Positions 23,322 through 32,000 of a stretch of 32,000 nucleotides of DNA are shown one piece after another. How positions within the stretch are numbered: the first letter of the stretch is position 1; the number at the start of each line of letters is the position of its first letter. The notes beneath the pieces are model-generated. The model worked only from the letters and a program-made list of their open reading frames with translations. It made no database searches and had not been told where the DNA came from. A program made the position numbers and the translations under genes. Location of the stretch: contig CAWGXF010000010.1 in the NCBI GenBank assembly GCA_963826485.1, positions 380,466-412,465 on the forward strand, read 5' to 3'. Source of the stretch: an uncultured Thermoleophilia bacterium (GTDB taxonomy: Bacteria > Actinomycetota > Thermoleophilia > Gaiellales > Gaiellaceae).

Positions 23322-25100
23322 ATGGGACGATGCCGCTCCCGAAGCGATCCTGCTTCGCTCGTCCGCGTGAGCACCGACACGACCAAGCGAGCGTTTCACA
23401 GCCCCGTGCGCGCTCTCGACGGGATCCGCCCGTACGACCGGTCCTGGCTCTCGAAGGACATTGTCGCCGGCATCACGCTCGCTGCGCTCGCCATCCCGGA
23501 GGTGATGGGCTACACGAAGATCGCAGGCACGCCCGTGATCACCGGGCTCTACACGATCCTGATCCCAATCGCGGCGTTTGCGCTCCTCGGGTCGTCCAAG
23601 CACCTCGTCGTGGGCGGCGACTCGGCCACCGCGGCGATCATGTACGCGGGAATCGCGGGCCTCGGCATCGCAGGCCTGCAGCCCAACAGCAGCCAGTGGC
23701 TCGCACTGGCGAGCCTCAGCGCGTTGCTCGCGGCCGGGTTCCTCTTCCTCGCCCGGATCGCGCGGCTCGGCTTCCTCGCGAACTTCCTGTCGCGAACGGT
23801 GCTCGTCGGTTTCCTGACGGGCGTCGGGATTCAGGTGGCGATGGGGCAAGTGGGTGGGATGTTCGGCATCCCACCCCCGAACGTCTCGCCGAATGCGTTG
23901 AGCGGAACCGTGCGAAAGTTCGGGCTCACGCTGTGGGACATCGGCGACGCCTCCTGGCAGACGACGCTCGTCTCGGCGGCAGTGCTCGCGATCCTGATCG
24001 TGTTCGGGCGCTACGTGAAGTCGGTTCCGGGCGGGCTCGTCGCGGTGATCGGGATGATCGCACTGAGCTGGATCTTCGACTTCTCGAGCCACGACATCTC
24101 GACGCTCGGGCTGGTCCCGAGCGGCCTGCCGCACATCGGACTGCCGAAAGGCATCACGTGGAGCGAAGGAACCGGGCTCCTCACGACCGCAGCGTCGCTC
24201 TTCCTCGTCATCCTCGCCCAGAGCGCAGCGACCTCGCGCGCCTACGCCGTCAAGTACCGCGAGCCGTTCGACGAGGGCGTCGACCTGGTCGGTCTCGGCG
24301 TCGCGAACATCGCGGCGGGCCTGAGCAGCACGTTCGTCGTCAACGGCAGCCCCACCAAGACCGAGATGGCCGACGAGGGCGGCAGCCATACGCAGGTCGC
24401 GCAGCTCACGACGGCCGTCGTCGTCGCGATCGTGCTCCTGTTTCTCACCAAGCCCCTGCAGTACCTGCCGAACGCCGTGCTCTCGTCGGTCGTCTTCCTG
24501 ATCGGCCTCAAGCTCGTGGACATCAAGGGCATGCGCGAGATCCTGCGCCTGCGAAAAGACGAGTTCATCGTTGCGACCGTGACGGCATTGGTCGTCGTGG
24601 GGATCGGTGTCGAGCAGGGAATCATCCTCGCGATCGTCCTCTCGCTGATCCTGCACGTGCAGCGGCATTACGCGCCCGTGGACGTCGTCCTCGCCTGGGA
24701 CCACGAGCACCACGTCCACGCTCTGCAACCCGGCCCGGGCGTGACGAGCGAGCCCGGGCTCGTCGTCTACCGCTTCGGCGCCGGCATCTTCTACGCAAAC
24801 GCACAGCGCCTCTCGGACGAGCTCCTCGCGTTCGCAAACGCCCCGGCGCCACCCCGTTGGGTCGTTCTCGATGCGACGAGCATCGACGACATCGACTACA
24901 CCGGCGGAAAGACACTCGCTGAGGTCGCCGGCGAGCTGCGACAGAGTGGAGTCCAGCTCGCCGTGGCCGCTGTTCGCGATTCGGTGCGCACCGAGCTCGA
25001 CCGCTTCGGCGTGACGAGCATCATCGGCGAGGGCCGGATCTACGAGACGGTGCAGACGGCGGTCGAGGCGTTCCACGCCGAGTCGTCGTCCGCCCGCTGA
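23322..25100 (+). CDS. SulP family inorganic anion transporter with a C-terminal STAS domain
   Basis: ...YDRSWLSKDIVAGITLAALAIPEVMGYTKIAG...GGDSATAAIM...VVNGSPTKTEM... and the STAS-like tail VVLDATSIDDIDYTGGKTLAEV. The start is uncertain (ATG 23322, GTG 23367 or GTG 23406). Confidence 0.88.
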   Translation: MGRCRSRSDPASLVRVSTDTTKRAFHSPVRALDGIRPYDRSWLSKDIVAGITLAALAIPEVMGYTKIAGTPVITGLYTILIPIAAFALLGSSKHLVVGGDSATAAIMYAGIAGLGIAGLQPNSSQWLALASLSALLAAGFLFLARIARLGFLANFLSRTVLVGFLTGVGIQVAMGQVGGMFGIPPPNVSPNALSGTVRKFGLTLWDIGDASWQTTLVSAAVLAILIVFGRYVKSVPGGLVAVIGMIALSWIFDFSSHDISTLGLVPSGLPHIGLPKGITWSEGTGLLTTAASLFLVILAQSAATSRAYAVKYREPFDEGVDLVGLGVANIAAGLSSTFVVNGSPTKTEMADEGGSHTQVAQLTTAVVVAIVLLFLTKPLQYLPNAVLSSVVFLIGLKLVDIKGMREILRLRKDEFIVATVTALVVVGIGVEQGIILAIVLSLILHVQRHYAPVDVVLAWDHEHHVHALQPGPGVTSEPGLVVYRFGAGIFYANAQRLSDELLAFANAPAPPRWVVLDATSIDDIDYTGGKTLAEVAGELRQSGVQLAVAAVRDSVRTELDRFGVTSIIGEGRIYETVQTAVEAFHAESSSAR

Positions 25101-25115
25101 CGCCCGTCCCGTCGC

Positions 25116-26024
25116 TCAGAGCGGCCCGAGCCCCCAGGTGCCGACGAACGAATCGCCGGGGGCGAGCACGATCAGGTCCTCTCCGGACCGAAAGGCATTC
25201 GGCGGGCACGTCATCGGCTCGACGGCCAGGCTCCGGCGGTTGACGTCCGGAAGGGGGTCGCCGGTGAACAGCATCAGCCAGCGGTAGCGCTCGTCCAGCC
25301 ACAGCACGAGACCGGCTCCGCCGGTGGGCGGCCGGAGCTCGACGCGGGCGAGACCGTCCGGGCCGCGATCGAAGTCGGTGAACGCGTGGTCGAGCCGCGT
25401 TGTCCCGATCGGCCTGGGCTGCAGGAAGTCGTGCTCCGTCCCCTGCACGGCGACCCTCCCGGTCGGAATGCCGTGCTCGTCGGAGTGCAGGACCGTTCGA
25501 CCCGGCGCGCTGAGCACGACGGAGTCGACCGTCTCCGTTCCGATCGTGAGATAGGGATGGGCGCCGCTTCCGAACGGGCACGGCTCGGGGCCGACGTTCG
25601 TGGCGGTGGTCTGAACGCGGAGCCCTGTCTGCGAGAGCGAATACTCGATCGAGAGGTCGAGCGAGAACGGATAGCCGGGCTGCGGAGGCAGCGCGTGCTC
25701 CATGACGACCCGGCTCGCGTCGCGCTCGGCAACCGTCCAGCTCGCCCACCGGACGAGGCCGTGGATCGCGTTGCCGGCCGACGGCTCGTCGAGTGCGAGC
25801 TGATGAGGGCGGCCTCCGTACACGTAGGAGCCGCCCTGGATCCGGTTCGGCCAGGGCATCAGGACCTGCCCGCGACCCGACGTGCTCATCTCGGTGACCG
25901 GGTAGCCGTCGAGACCGACACCGTCCGCGACGCGGTAGGACCGCAGCCCTCCGCCGACTTCGACGACGACGGCGCGCTGCTCCCCGGATGCGATCTCGAC
26001 CTGCTCGCCGGATGGCGCGTTCAC
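25116..26024 (-). CDS. Aldose 1-epimerase family protein (galactose mutarotase-like)
   Basis: 302 aa. GTG start 26024 forms a GTGA overlap with the upstream stop. [20 protein letters not shown] and GAHPYL segments are typical of the family. Confidence 0.85.
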   Translation of the reverse strand: MNAPSGEQVEIASGEQRAVVVEVGGGLRSYRVADGVGLDGYPVTEMSTSGRGQVLMPWPNRIQGGSYVYGGRPHQLALDEPSAGNAIHGLVRWASWTVAERDASRVVMEHALPPQPGYPFSLDLSIEYSLSQTGLRVQTTATNVGPEPCPFGSGAHPYLTIGTETVDSVVLSAPGRTVLHSDEHGIPTGRVAVQGTEHDFLQPRPIGTTRLDHAFTDFDRGPDGLARVELRPPTGGAGLVLWLDERYRWLMLFTGDPLPDVNRRSLAVEPMTCPPNAFRSGEDLIVLAPGDSFVGTWGLGPL

Positions 26025-27031
26025 GAGGGGGGTGCCGTCTTCTGCATCGCGGCGTCGAAGGCGATCCCCGACGGGGCGAAGTCCGTGCGGCGAACGAACG
26101 CCAGGGCATCGGGCGCTCCCCAGTCACGGTCCACGCCGCTGTCCTCCCACTCGACCGACAGCGGCCCGTCGTACCCGATGCGGTTCAACGCGCGGAAGAA
26201 GCTCTCGAAGTCGACATCGCCGTGTCCGGGCGAGACGAAGTCCCAGCCCCGCGCTTCCTCGCCGAAGTCGAGATGCGAGCCCAGGATCGACCGGCGCCCG
26301 TCGAGCCGTTTCAGCGAGTCCTTGACGTGGACGTGGTAGATGCGGTCGCCGAACTCGAACGCGAACTGTGCGGCGTCGAGGCCCTGATGGCAGAAGTGGC
26401 TCGGGTCGAGGTTGATGCCGAACGCCTCGCGGTTGCCGATCGCATCCAGGCTCCTGCGCGTGGTCACGAAGTCGTAGGCGATCTCGGTCGGATGCACCTC
26501 GAGGCCGAACCGCACGCCCTCCGCGTCGAACACGTCGAGGATCGGGCCCCAGCGCTCGGCGAAATCGTCGTAGCCGCGCGCAATCGCACCGAAATCGTTG
26601 GGCGGGAAGGAGTAGATGAGGTGCCAGATCGATGAGCCTGTGAAGCCGTTGACCTGCGTGACTCCGAGCCGTGCCGCGGCGCGGGCCGTGTCCTTCATCC
26701 GTTCGGCTGCGCGCATCCGAACGCCGTCCGGATCTCCGTCACCGTAGATCTCCGGCGGCAGGATCCCTCGGTGCCGCGCGTCGATCCTGTCGCAGACGGC
26801 CTGGCCCACGAGGTGGGCGCCGATCGCCCACACGCCGAGCCCGTGCGTCTCGAGGAGCTCGCGGCGCCCGCGTGCGTAGCCACTGTCGAGAATCGCCTTG
26901 TCGACCTCGAAGTGGTCTCCCCAGCAGGCGAGCTCGAGACCGTCGAACCCCCAGCCGGCGCAGCGCGCAGCGAGGTCGCCGAGCGGCAGGTCGGCCCACT
27001 GGCCGGTGAACAACGTGCACGGACGGGCCAT
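26021..27031 (-). CDS. Sugar phosphate isomerase/epimerase (xylose isomerase-like TIM barrel)
   Basis: 336 aa. Strong SD AAGGAGGGAG before ATG 27031. [32 protein letters not shown] and SVEWED segments. Confidence 0.85.
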   Translation of the reverse strand: MARPCTLFTGQWADLPLGDLAARCAGWGFDGLELACWGDHFEVDKAILDSGYARGRRELLETHGLGVWAIGAHLVGQAVCDRIDARHRGILPPEIYGDGDPDGVRMRAAERMKDTARAAARLGVTQVNGFTGSSIWHLIYSFPPNDFGAIARGYDDFAERWGPILDVFDAEGVRFGLEVHPTEIAYDFVTTRRSLDAIGNREAFGINLDPSHFCHQGLDAAQFAFEFGDRIYHVHVKDSLKRLDGRRSILGSHLDFGEEARGWDFVSPGHGDVDFESFFRALNRIGYDGPLSVEWEDSGVDRDWGAPDALAFVRRTDFAPSGIAFDAAMQKTAPPS

Positions 27032-27075
27032 CGGTCTCCCTCCTTTTCGCCCGAGGCGACGATCCTACGATGCTT

Positions 27076-27081
27076 TAGGTT
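27076..27081 (+). promoter_or_regulatory. Candidate -10 box TAGGTT ending 6 nt before the glcD ATG; implies a leaderless mRNA
   Basis: Direct reading: TAGGTT-gtcgtg-ATG(27088), with no SD. The divergent intergenic region is only 56 bp. Confidence 0.3.
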
Positions 27082-27087
27082 GTCGTG

Positions 27088-28527
27088 ATGAGGCTTGCCC
27101 CCGAGCTGGTCGAACGGTTCGCGGCGGCAGCGAACGTCATTCGCGAGCCGGAGCAGCTGCGGACCTACGAGTGCGACGGGCTGACAGGCCGCCGTGTGAT
27201 TCCAGCTCTGGTCGCGCTCCCGGCCGACACCGCGGAGGTTCAGGCGGTCGTTTCGATCTGCAACGACGCGGGGATCCCGTTCGTCGCCCGCGGGGCGGGC
27301 ACGGGGCTCTCGGGCGGCGCGCTGCCGGTCGCCGAGGGGATCGTCATCTCGCTCGCGCGGATGAACCGCATCCTCTCGCTCGACATCGAGCGGGGCGAGG
27401 TCGTCGTCGAGCCCGGCGTCGCGAATCTCGACGTGACGCGCGCGGTCTCGGGCGAGGGCTTCTACTACGCGCCCGACCCGTCCTCGCAGCAGGTGTGCAC
27501 GATCGGGGGCAACGTCGCCGAGAACGCGGGCGGCGCGCACTGCCTGAAGTACGGCTTCACCGTCCACCATGTGCTGGCTGCCGAGATCGTGCTGCCGGAC
27601 GGTGAACTGGTCGAGCTGTCGGTGTGGGACGACGGCCCCGACCTGCTCGGCCTGTTCGTCGGCTCCGAGGGGACGCTCGGGATCGCGACGCGGCTGACGC
27701 TCCGGGTGCTGCCCGCCCCGGAGGCGGTGTGGACGCTGCTCGCCGGCTTCGAGCACACGGACGGAGCGGGCGCCGCCGTCTCCGGCACCATCGCGGCGGG
27801 CATTCTCCCGGCGGCGATCGAGATGATGGACGCGATCACGATCGAGGCGGCGGAGGCTGCGGTCGGAGCGGGCTATCCGCCCGGTTGCGGCGCGGTGCTG
27901 ATCATCGAGCTCGACGGGCGCGCCGCGCAGGTCGAGCACGATCTGGGGCTCGTCGAGGAGATCTGCCGGGCTGCGGGCGCGGTCGACATCCGGCTTGCCT
28001 CCGATCCGGACGACCGGGCGGCGGTGTGGCGGGGCCGCAAGGCGGCGTTCGCCGCGATGGGCCGGGTCAGCCCCAACTACTACGTCCAGGACGGCGTCGT
28101 CCCACGCACCCGGCTCCCGGAGGTGCTTCGGCGGATCGACGACCTCTCGCGTGAGCACGGCCTACGCGTCGGCAACGTCTTCCACGCCGGCGACGGCAAC
28201 CTGCACCCGCTCGTGCTCTACGACGCGCGGATCGACGGCGAGGCCGAGCGCGCCGAGCAGCTCGCCGGCCGCATCCTCGAGGCCTGTGTCGAAGTGGGCG
28301 GGTCGCTCACCGGCGAGCACGGCGTCGGCACCGACAAGGCGTGCGCGATGCCGCTGATGTTCAGCGAGGAGGACCTCGCCGTGATGAAGCGGGTGCGCGC
28401 CGCATTCGATCCGGCCGGTCTTGCGAACCCCGGCAAGCTGTTCCCGACGCCGCGGCTCTGTGGCGAGGTGCCCGGTCCGTATCGCGCCCACCCGCTGGAG
28501 CTGGCCGGCCATGCCGAGCGTCTCTGA
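27088..28527 (+). CDS. glcD: FAD-linked oxidase, glycolate oxidase subunit GlcD type
   Basis: About 479 aa. FVARGAGTGLSGGA, GGNVAENAGG, GSEGTLGI and GEHGVGTDK motifs. The track start GTG 27085 is immediately followed by ATG 27088. Confidence 0.9.
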   Translation: MRLAPELVERFAAAANVIREPEQLRTYECDGLTGRRVIPALVALPADTAEVQAVVSICNDAGIPFVARGAGTGLSGGALPVAEGIVISLARMNRILSLDIERGEVVVEPGVANLDVTRAVSGEGFYYAPDPSSQQVCTIGGNVAENAGGAHCLKYGFTVHHVLAAEIVLPDGELVELSVWDDGPDLLGLFVGSEGTLGIATRLTLRVLPAPEAVWTLLAGFEHTDGAGAAVSGTIAAGILPAAIEMMDAITIEAAEAAVGAGYPPGCGAVLIIELDGRAAQVEHDLGLVEEICRAAGAVDIRLASDPDDRAAVWRGRKAAFAAMGRVSPNYYVQDGVVPRTRLPEVLRRIDDLSREHGLRVGNVFHAGDGNLHPLVLYDARIDGEAERAEQLAGRILEACVEVGGSLTGEHGVGTDKACAMPLMFSEEDLAVMKRVRAAFDPAGLANPGKLFPTPRLCGEVPGPYRAHPLELAGHAERL

Positions 28528-29239
28528 GCCCGGGATCGTCGAGCACGAGCCCGGCGACCTGACCTGCGTCGTCGACGGCGACCTGCGGCTGGCCGCCCTG
28601 CAGAGCGCACTCGCACCGCACGGACAGCGCTTCTCGCTCGACCCGCCGGGAGACCCGACGCTCGCCGAATGCCTGCTCGACGACCTCTCCGGCCCGCTGC
28701 GCCACCGCTTCGGCACGATGCGCGACCTGGTGATCGGCGTCGGCGTCGTGCTGCCGGACGGAACTCGCGCGCATTCGGGCGGCAAGGTCGTGAAGAACGT
28801 CGCCGGCTACGACCTCGGCAAGCTCTTCTGCGGCTCGGGCGGGCGGCTCGGCTCGGCCGAACGGCTCGCCCTGCGGCTGCACCCCCGCCCCGCTGCCGCG
28901 GAGACGGTTCGCGTCGGCGCTGAACACTGGGGCGAGCTGCACCGGTCCGGTCTCTGCCCGAGCTCCGTCGACGTTCTCGGCGGCTCGATGTTCGTGCTGT
29001 TCGAGGGCGCGCGGTCGGCGGTCGCCGAGCAGGCGGCCGCGCTCGGCGGCGAACGGGTCGACCCGTGGGACGAGGTGCGCGAGCTGCAGGCGAGCCTTCC
29101 GGGCCGTGCCCGCTGGGACGGCGGGAGCGCTCCGCTCGTCCGACCGGGCCCCCGCGTCGCCTTCCTCGAGCGGGGCGAGCCCCGGTCGTGGAGCCCGCTG
29201 GCCGAGCGCGTCCTGGAGGCTCTGTGCAGCCCGAGCTGA
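28511..29239 (+). CDS. glcE: Glycolate oxidase FAD-binding subunit GlcE-like, unusually short (242 aa)
   Basis: ATG 28511 overlaps the glcD end by 17 nt. ...GTMRDLVIGVGVVLPDGTRAHSGGKVVKNVAGYDLGKLFCGSGGRLG... matches the central GlcE/PCMH region. The N-terminal nucleotide-binding segment is not encoded. Confidence 0.75.
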   Translation: MPSVSEPGIVEHEPGDLTCVVDGDLRLAALQSALAPHGQRFSLDPPGDPTLAECLLDDLSGPLRHRFGTMRDLVIGVGVVLPDGTRAHSGGKVVKNVAGYDLGKLFCGSGGRLGSAERLALRLHPRPAAAETVRVGAEHWGELHRSGLCPSSVDVLGGSMFVLFEGARSAVAEQAAALGGERVDPWDEVRELQASLPGRARWDGGSAPLVRPGPRVAFLERGEPRSWSPLAERVLEALCSPS

Positions 29240-30393
29240 TCGCCGACTGCGTGCACTGCGGCTTCTGCCTGCCGGCCTGTCCCACCTACACCCTGTGGCA
29301 CGAGGAGATGGACTCACCGCGCGGCCGGATCCACCTGATGAGCGGTCTCGTCGACGGAACGCTCGAGCTGACCGACACGGTGGTCGAGCACTTCGACCGC
29401 TGCCTGGGCTGCATGGCGTGCGTGCCCGCCTGCCCGTCCGGGGTGCGGTACGACCGGCTGATCGAATCGACGCGCGCGCACCTCGAGTCCCGGCACCGGC
29501 GCGGAGCCGGCGAGCGGCTGCTGCGGCGCCTGATCTTCGACGTCGTCCCGCACCGCAGGCGGCTTCGGGCGGCGCTCCTCCTGCGCCGCCTGCCTGCGCC
29601 CGGCCCACTCGGGCCGCTCCGTGCGCTGGCCCCGCCGTGGCGTCACCCGGCCTGGCCGCCGGAGCATCTGCCCGGCGCCGGCCCACGAGTCGCCCTCGTC
29701 GCGGGCTGCGTCCAGAGCGTCCTCTTCGGCGACGTGAATGCTGCGACGGCACGCGTGCTCGCGGCGGACGGCTTCGACGTGCACGTCCCCCGGGCGCAGG
29801 GCTGCTGCGGCGCTCTGCACGCCCATGCGGGGCTCCAGGACGAGGGCATCGCGAGAGCCCGCACGCTGGAGGAGTCGCTGCGCGGCTACGACGCGATCGT
29901 CACGAACGCCGCCGGCTGCGGCTCGCATCTGAAAGACCACGGCAAGGCGCGCGTTGTCGACGTCTCGGAACTGCTCGCCGAGTCGCCGGCCCCGGCAGCC
30001 CGCCACCCGCTGCCGGTCAGGGTGGCGCTCCAGGACTCCTGCCACCTGAAGCACGCACAGGGGATCACCGCTCTGCCGCGGGCCGCGCTGGGCACGATCC
30101 CGAGCCTTCAGATCGTCGAGCCCGACGAGCAGGATCTCTGTTGCGGCAGTGCCGGCATCTACAACCTCGTGCAGCCGCTCGCGGCCGGCGAGCTGGGCGA
30201 CCGGAAGGCGAGCCGCGTCGCTGCAACCGAGGCGGACGCCTATGCGAGCGGCAACCCGGGGTGCCTCGTGCAGGTGACGGCCGCCCTCCGTCGGGCGGGA
30301 CATCCGCTGCCGGCGTTCCATCCGATCGAACTGATCGACGCCTCGATCCGAGGCGTCGCAGCGCCGGAACTGCTCGCGTCCGCGCGCCGCTAG
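29224..30393 (+). CDS. glcF: Glycolate oxidase iron-sulfur subunit GlcF type ((Fe-S)-binding protein with CCG domains)
   Basis: GTG 29224 has GGAGG 4 nt upstream. CVHCGFCLPACP and CLGCMACVPACP ferredoxin motifs, two CCG motifs (GCCGAL and LCCGSAG). Confidence 0.9.
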   Translation: MQPELIADCVHCGFCLPACPTYTLWHEEMDSPRGRIHLMSGLVDGTLELTDTVVEHFDRCLGCMACVPACPSGVRYDRLIESTRAHLESRHRRGAGERLLRRLIFDVVPHRRRLRAALLLRRLPAPGPLGPLRALAPPWRHPAWPPEHLPGAGPRVALVAGCVQSVLFGDVNAATARVLAADGFDVHVPRAQGCCGALHAHAGLQDEGIARARTLEESLRGYDAIVTNAAGCGSHLKDHGKARVVDVSELLAESPAPAARHPLPVRVALQDSCHLKHAQGITALPRAALGTIPSLQIVEPDEQDLCCGSAGIYNLVQPLAAGELGDRKASRVAATEADAYASGNPGCLVQVTAALRRAGHPLPAFHPIELIDASIRGVAAPELLASARR

Positions 30394-31130
30394 TGCTCGA
30401 CGTGGATCCGGCCTGCGGCCTCTCGCAACGGTCCGCCGAACCGCCCCGCGCGCAGGGCAAGCGCCTCACCGAGGATCGAGACGGCTGTCTCGGCCGGGCT
30501 CTCCGCCCCGATGTCGAGACCGGCCGGACCACGCAGGCGACCCAGCTGTTGCTCGGTGACGCCCGCCTCGAGCAGCCGCTCGCGGCGCTTCGCCTGCGCG
30601 CGCCGGCTTCCGAGCGCGCCCACGTAGAACGCCTCCGAGCGCAGGGCGACAGCGAGCGCCGGAATGTCGAACTTGTCGTCATGGGTCAAGACGACGACCG
30701 CCGTGTCGCGATCGGGGCCGATCTCCGCGAACGCCGGCTCGGGCCAATCGGCAACGATCTCGTCGGCGCTCGGCACGCGCTCGGGCGTCGCGTACTGTGC
30801 GCGCGCATCGACGCAGATCGTGCGCCAACCGACCTGCTTCGCCGCCGCGCAGAGCGCCTCGCCGGTGTCGACGGCGCCGACGACGACGAGTCGAGGCGGC
30901 GGTCCGTAGACCTCGGCGAAGACCTCGAGCCCCTCGTGCTCGAAGATCCCGCTGCGCCGCAGCGTCGCCGCGCCGGGCGCGAGCCCCAGTGGGTCGTCGC
31001 CGATCACCTCGCCGCGGTCGAGAAGCACGAGAACCTTGGTCCCCAGCTCGCGATCGCCCGCCACCACCGTGAACAACACCGCCCGGTCGTCACCGTGGGC
31101 GAGGGCGAGCAGGTGCTCGGCGAGTGTCAA
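30390..31130 (-). CDS. xdhC: XdhC family Mo-cofactor insertion accessory protein, C-terminal (Rossmann, XdhC_C) part
   Basis: 246 codons from TTG 31130 (TTGA overlap with the upstream stop). ...RLVVVGAVDTGEALCAAAKQVGWRTICVDAR...VVVLTHDDKFD...YVGALGSRR.... Its stop shares a CTAG tetranucleotide with the convergent glcF stop. Confidence 0.82.
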   Translation of the reverse strand: MTLAEHLLALAHGDDRAVLFTVVAGDRELGTKVLVLLDRGEVIGDDPLGLAPGAATLRRSGIFEHEGLEVFAEVYGPPPRLVVVGAVDTGEALCAAAKQVGWRTICVDARAQYATPERVPSADEIVADWPEPAFAEIGPDRDTAVVVLTHDDKFDIPALAVALRSEAFYVGALGSRRAQAKRRERLLEAGVTEQQLGRLRGPAGLDIGAESPAETAVSILGEALALRAGRFGGPLREAAGRIHVEH

Positions 31131-31438
31131 TCCAGCCGCTCGAGGAAGACGTCGATCTCGCCGCCGCACGGCAGGCCGACGCCGAGCGCCTGGTCGTCCG
31201 TGATGCCGTACGTCAGCAGCCGCGGCTCCCCCGAGGCGATCACGTCACGCGCCTGGACGGCAACGTCGTTCTCGACGCACCCGCCCGAGACCGATCCGCA
31301 CATCTCGCCCTGCTCGGAGATCGCGAACTTCGCGCCCACTGGGCGCGGCGCCGAGCGGCGCGTCGCCACCACGGTCGCGATCGCGATCCTCTCACCGCGC
31401 TCCCGCCAGCGTTCGACTTCCCCGACGATCTCCTTCAC
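31127..31438 (-). CDS. xdhC: XdhC/CoxI family protein, N-terminal domain only
   Basis: 103 aa. GTG start 31438 has GGAGG upstream. ...IATVVATRRSAPRPVGAKFAISEQGEMCGSVSGGCVENDV...GLPCGGEIDVFLE... covers a complete XdhC_CoxI domain. Confidence 0.85.
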   Translation of the reverse strand: MKEIVGEVERWRERGERIAIATVVATRRSAPRPVGAKFAISEQGEMCGSVSGGCVENDVAVQARDVIASGEPRLLTYGITDDQALGVGLPCGGEIDVFLERLD

Positions 31439-31492
31439 GCGCCAAAGCCTCCGTTCGGTTCCAGTGAGGACTCTAGCGTCGCTGTGACGCGA

Positions 31493-31498
31493 TACGGT
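31493..31498 (+). promoter_or_regulatory. Candidate -10 box TACGGT ending 6 nt before the SDR GTG; implies a leaderless mRNA
   Basis: Direct reading: TACGGT-cgatcg-GTG(31505). Pattern match only. Confidence 0.3.
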
Positions 31499-31504
31499 CG
31501 ATCG

Positions 31505-32000
31505 GTGAGCGGCTCCGACGAGCGGTTCCTGGTCACTGGTGCACTCGGTTGCATCGGCGCGTGGACCTGCGCGGTCCTTGCGGAGTCCGGCGCCTCGGTC
31601 GTCGGCTACGACGTCGGAGACGATTCCCGCCGTCTACGGCTCGCGGGCGCCGACGACGTACCGGTCGTCCGCGGCGACATCGGCGACAGACCGACGCTCG
31701 ATCGTGTGCTCGACGAACAGGCGATCACCCACGTCGTCCATCTCGCGGCGCTCCTGATCCCGCAGATCAAGGCGGATCCTCCACTCGGAACGGCGATCAA
31801 CGTCGGCGGGACGGTCAACGTCCTCGACGCCGCCAAGACCCGCAACATCCGTGTCGCCTACGCCAGCTCGGCCGCGGTCTACTCGCGCGTCGACGACAAC
31901 GGGCGGCCTGTCGCAAACGAGGCGGCAGGTCATCCGACGACGTTCTACGGCGTGCACAAGCAAGCGTGCGAAGGCCTCGCGCGCATCTTCTGGCAGGAGG
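31505..32000 (+). CDS. NAD-dependent epimerase/dehydratase (extended SDR) family protein; partial, continues beyond the right edge
   Basis: Absent from the ORF track because no stop falls in the window. My own translation gives MSGSDERFLVTGALGCIGAWTCAVLAESGASVVGYDVGDD...VVHLAALLIP...NVGGTVNVLDAA...YASSAAVYS...FYGVHKQACE, with a TGxxGxxG Rossmann motif and a Y-x3-K catalytic pair. Alternative GTG at 31484. Confidence 0.82.
   Translation, partial: MSGSDERFLVTGALGCIGAWTCAVLAESGASVVGYDVGDDSRRLRLAGADDVPVVRGDIGDRPTLDRVLDEQAITHVVHLAALLIPQIKADPPLGTAINVGGTVNVLDAAKTRNIRVAYASSAAVYSRVDDNGRPVANEAAGHPTTFYGVHKQACEGLARIFWQE

Noticed and set aside
30390-30393. CTAG shared by the convergent glcF and xdhC stop codons
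   Set aside because: This is a trivial consequence of two TAG stops on opposite strands in a tightly packed genome. No function is inferred.
31634-31963. 109-aa and 80-aa minus-strand ORFs at the right edge
   Set aside because: They are the antisense shadow of the partial SDR epimerase gene, whose plus-strand translation has the TGxxGxxG and Y-x3-K motifs.

Overview
The window is very GC-rich (about 70 percent by eye) and looks like an Actinomycetota chromosome segment: Arg-rich proteins, an LLM-type oxidoreductase, many stop/start overlaps and apparent leaderless starts. It is almost fully coding. I support 33 protein genes and recognised no rRNA, tRNA, CRISPR array, transposase or integrase.

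Left half (1-15060, all minus strand): a Liv-type ABC importer (SBP, 2 permeases, 2 ATPases), a class V PLP enzyme, a CoxM/CoxS/CoxL-type molybdenum hydroxylase plus CoxG, an LLM oxidoreductase, an M20 amidohydrolase, an FAH-family hydrolase and a partial M24 peptidase.

Middle: a bicupin and OsmC (plus strand) converge on a minus-strand group 3b-type [NiFe] hydrogenase operon (hyhB, a cNMP-binding-domain gene, hyhG, hyhS, hyhL, maturation protease).

Right: an MFS transporter, a SAM methyltransferase divergent from a SulP/STAS transporter, an aldose epimerase and sugar-phosphate isomerase pair divergent from glcDEF, a split xdhC pair, and a partial SDR epimerase running off the right edge.

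Best candidates for something undescribed:
1. The 15-kb co-directional uptake and catabolism array. Its Mo-hydroxylase large subunit carries neither CO-dehydrogenase signature loop.
2. A standalone cNMP-binding-like protein translationally embedded between the hydrogenase diaphorase subunits.
3. Non-coding structures inside the array: a 60-bp tandem duplication carrying a GTGTCAGACAC palindrome, a duplicated start-codon context with a 25-codon relay ORF between coxL and coxG, and a reiterated GAAYCNGRTTC palindrome family upstream of coxM.

All family calls come from reading the translations by eye. No database search was possible.
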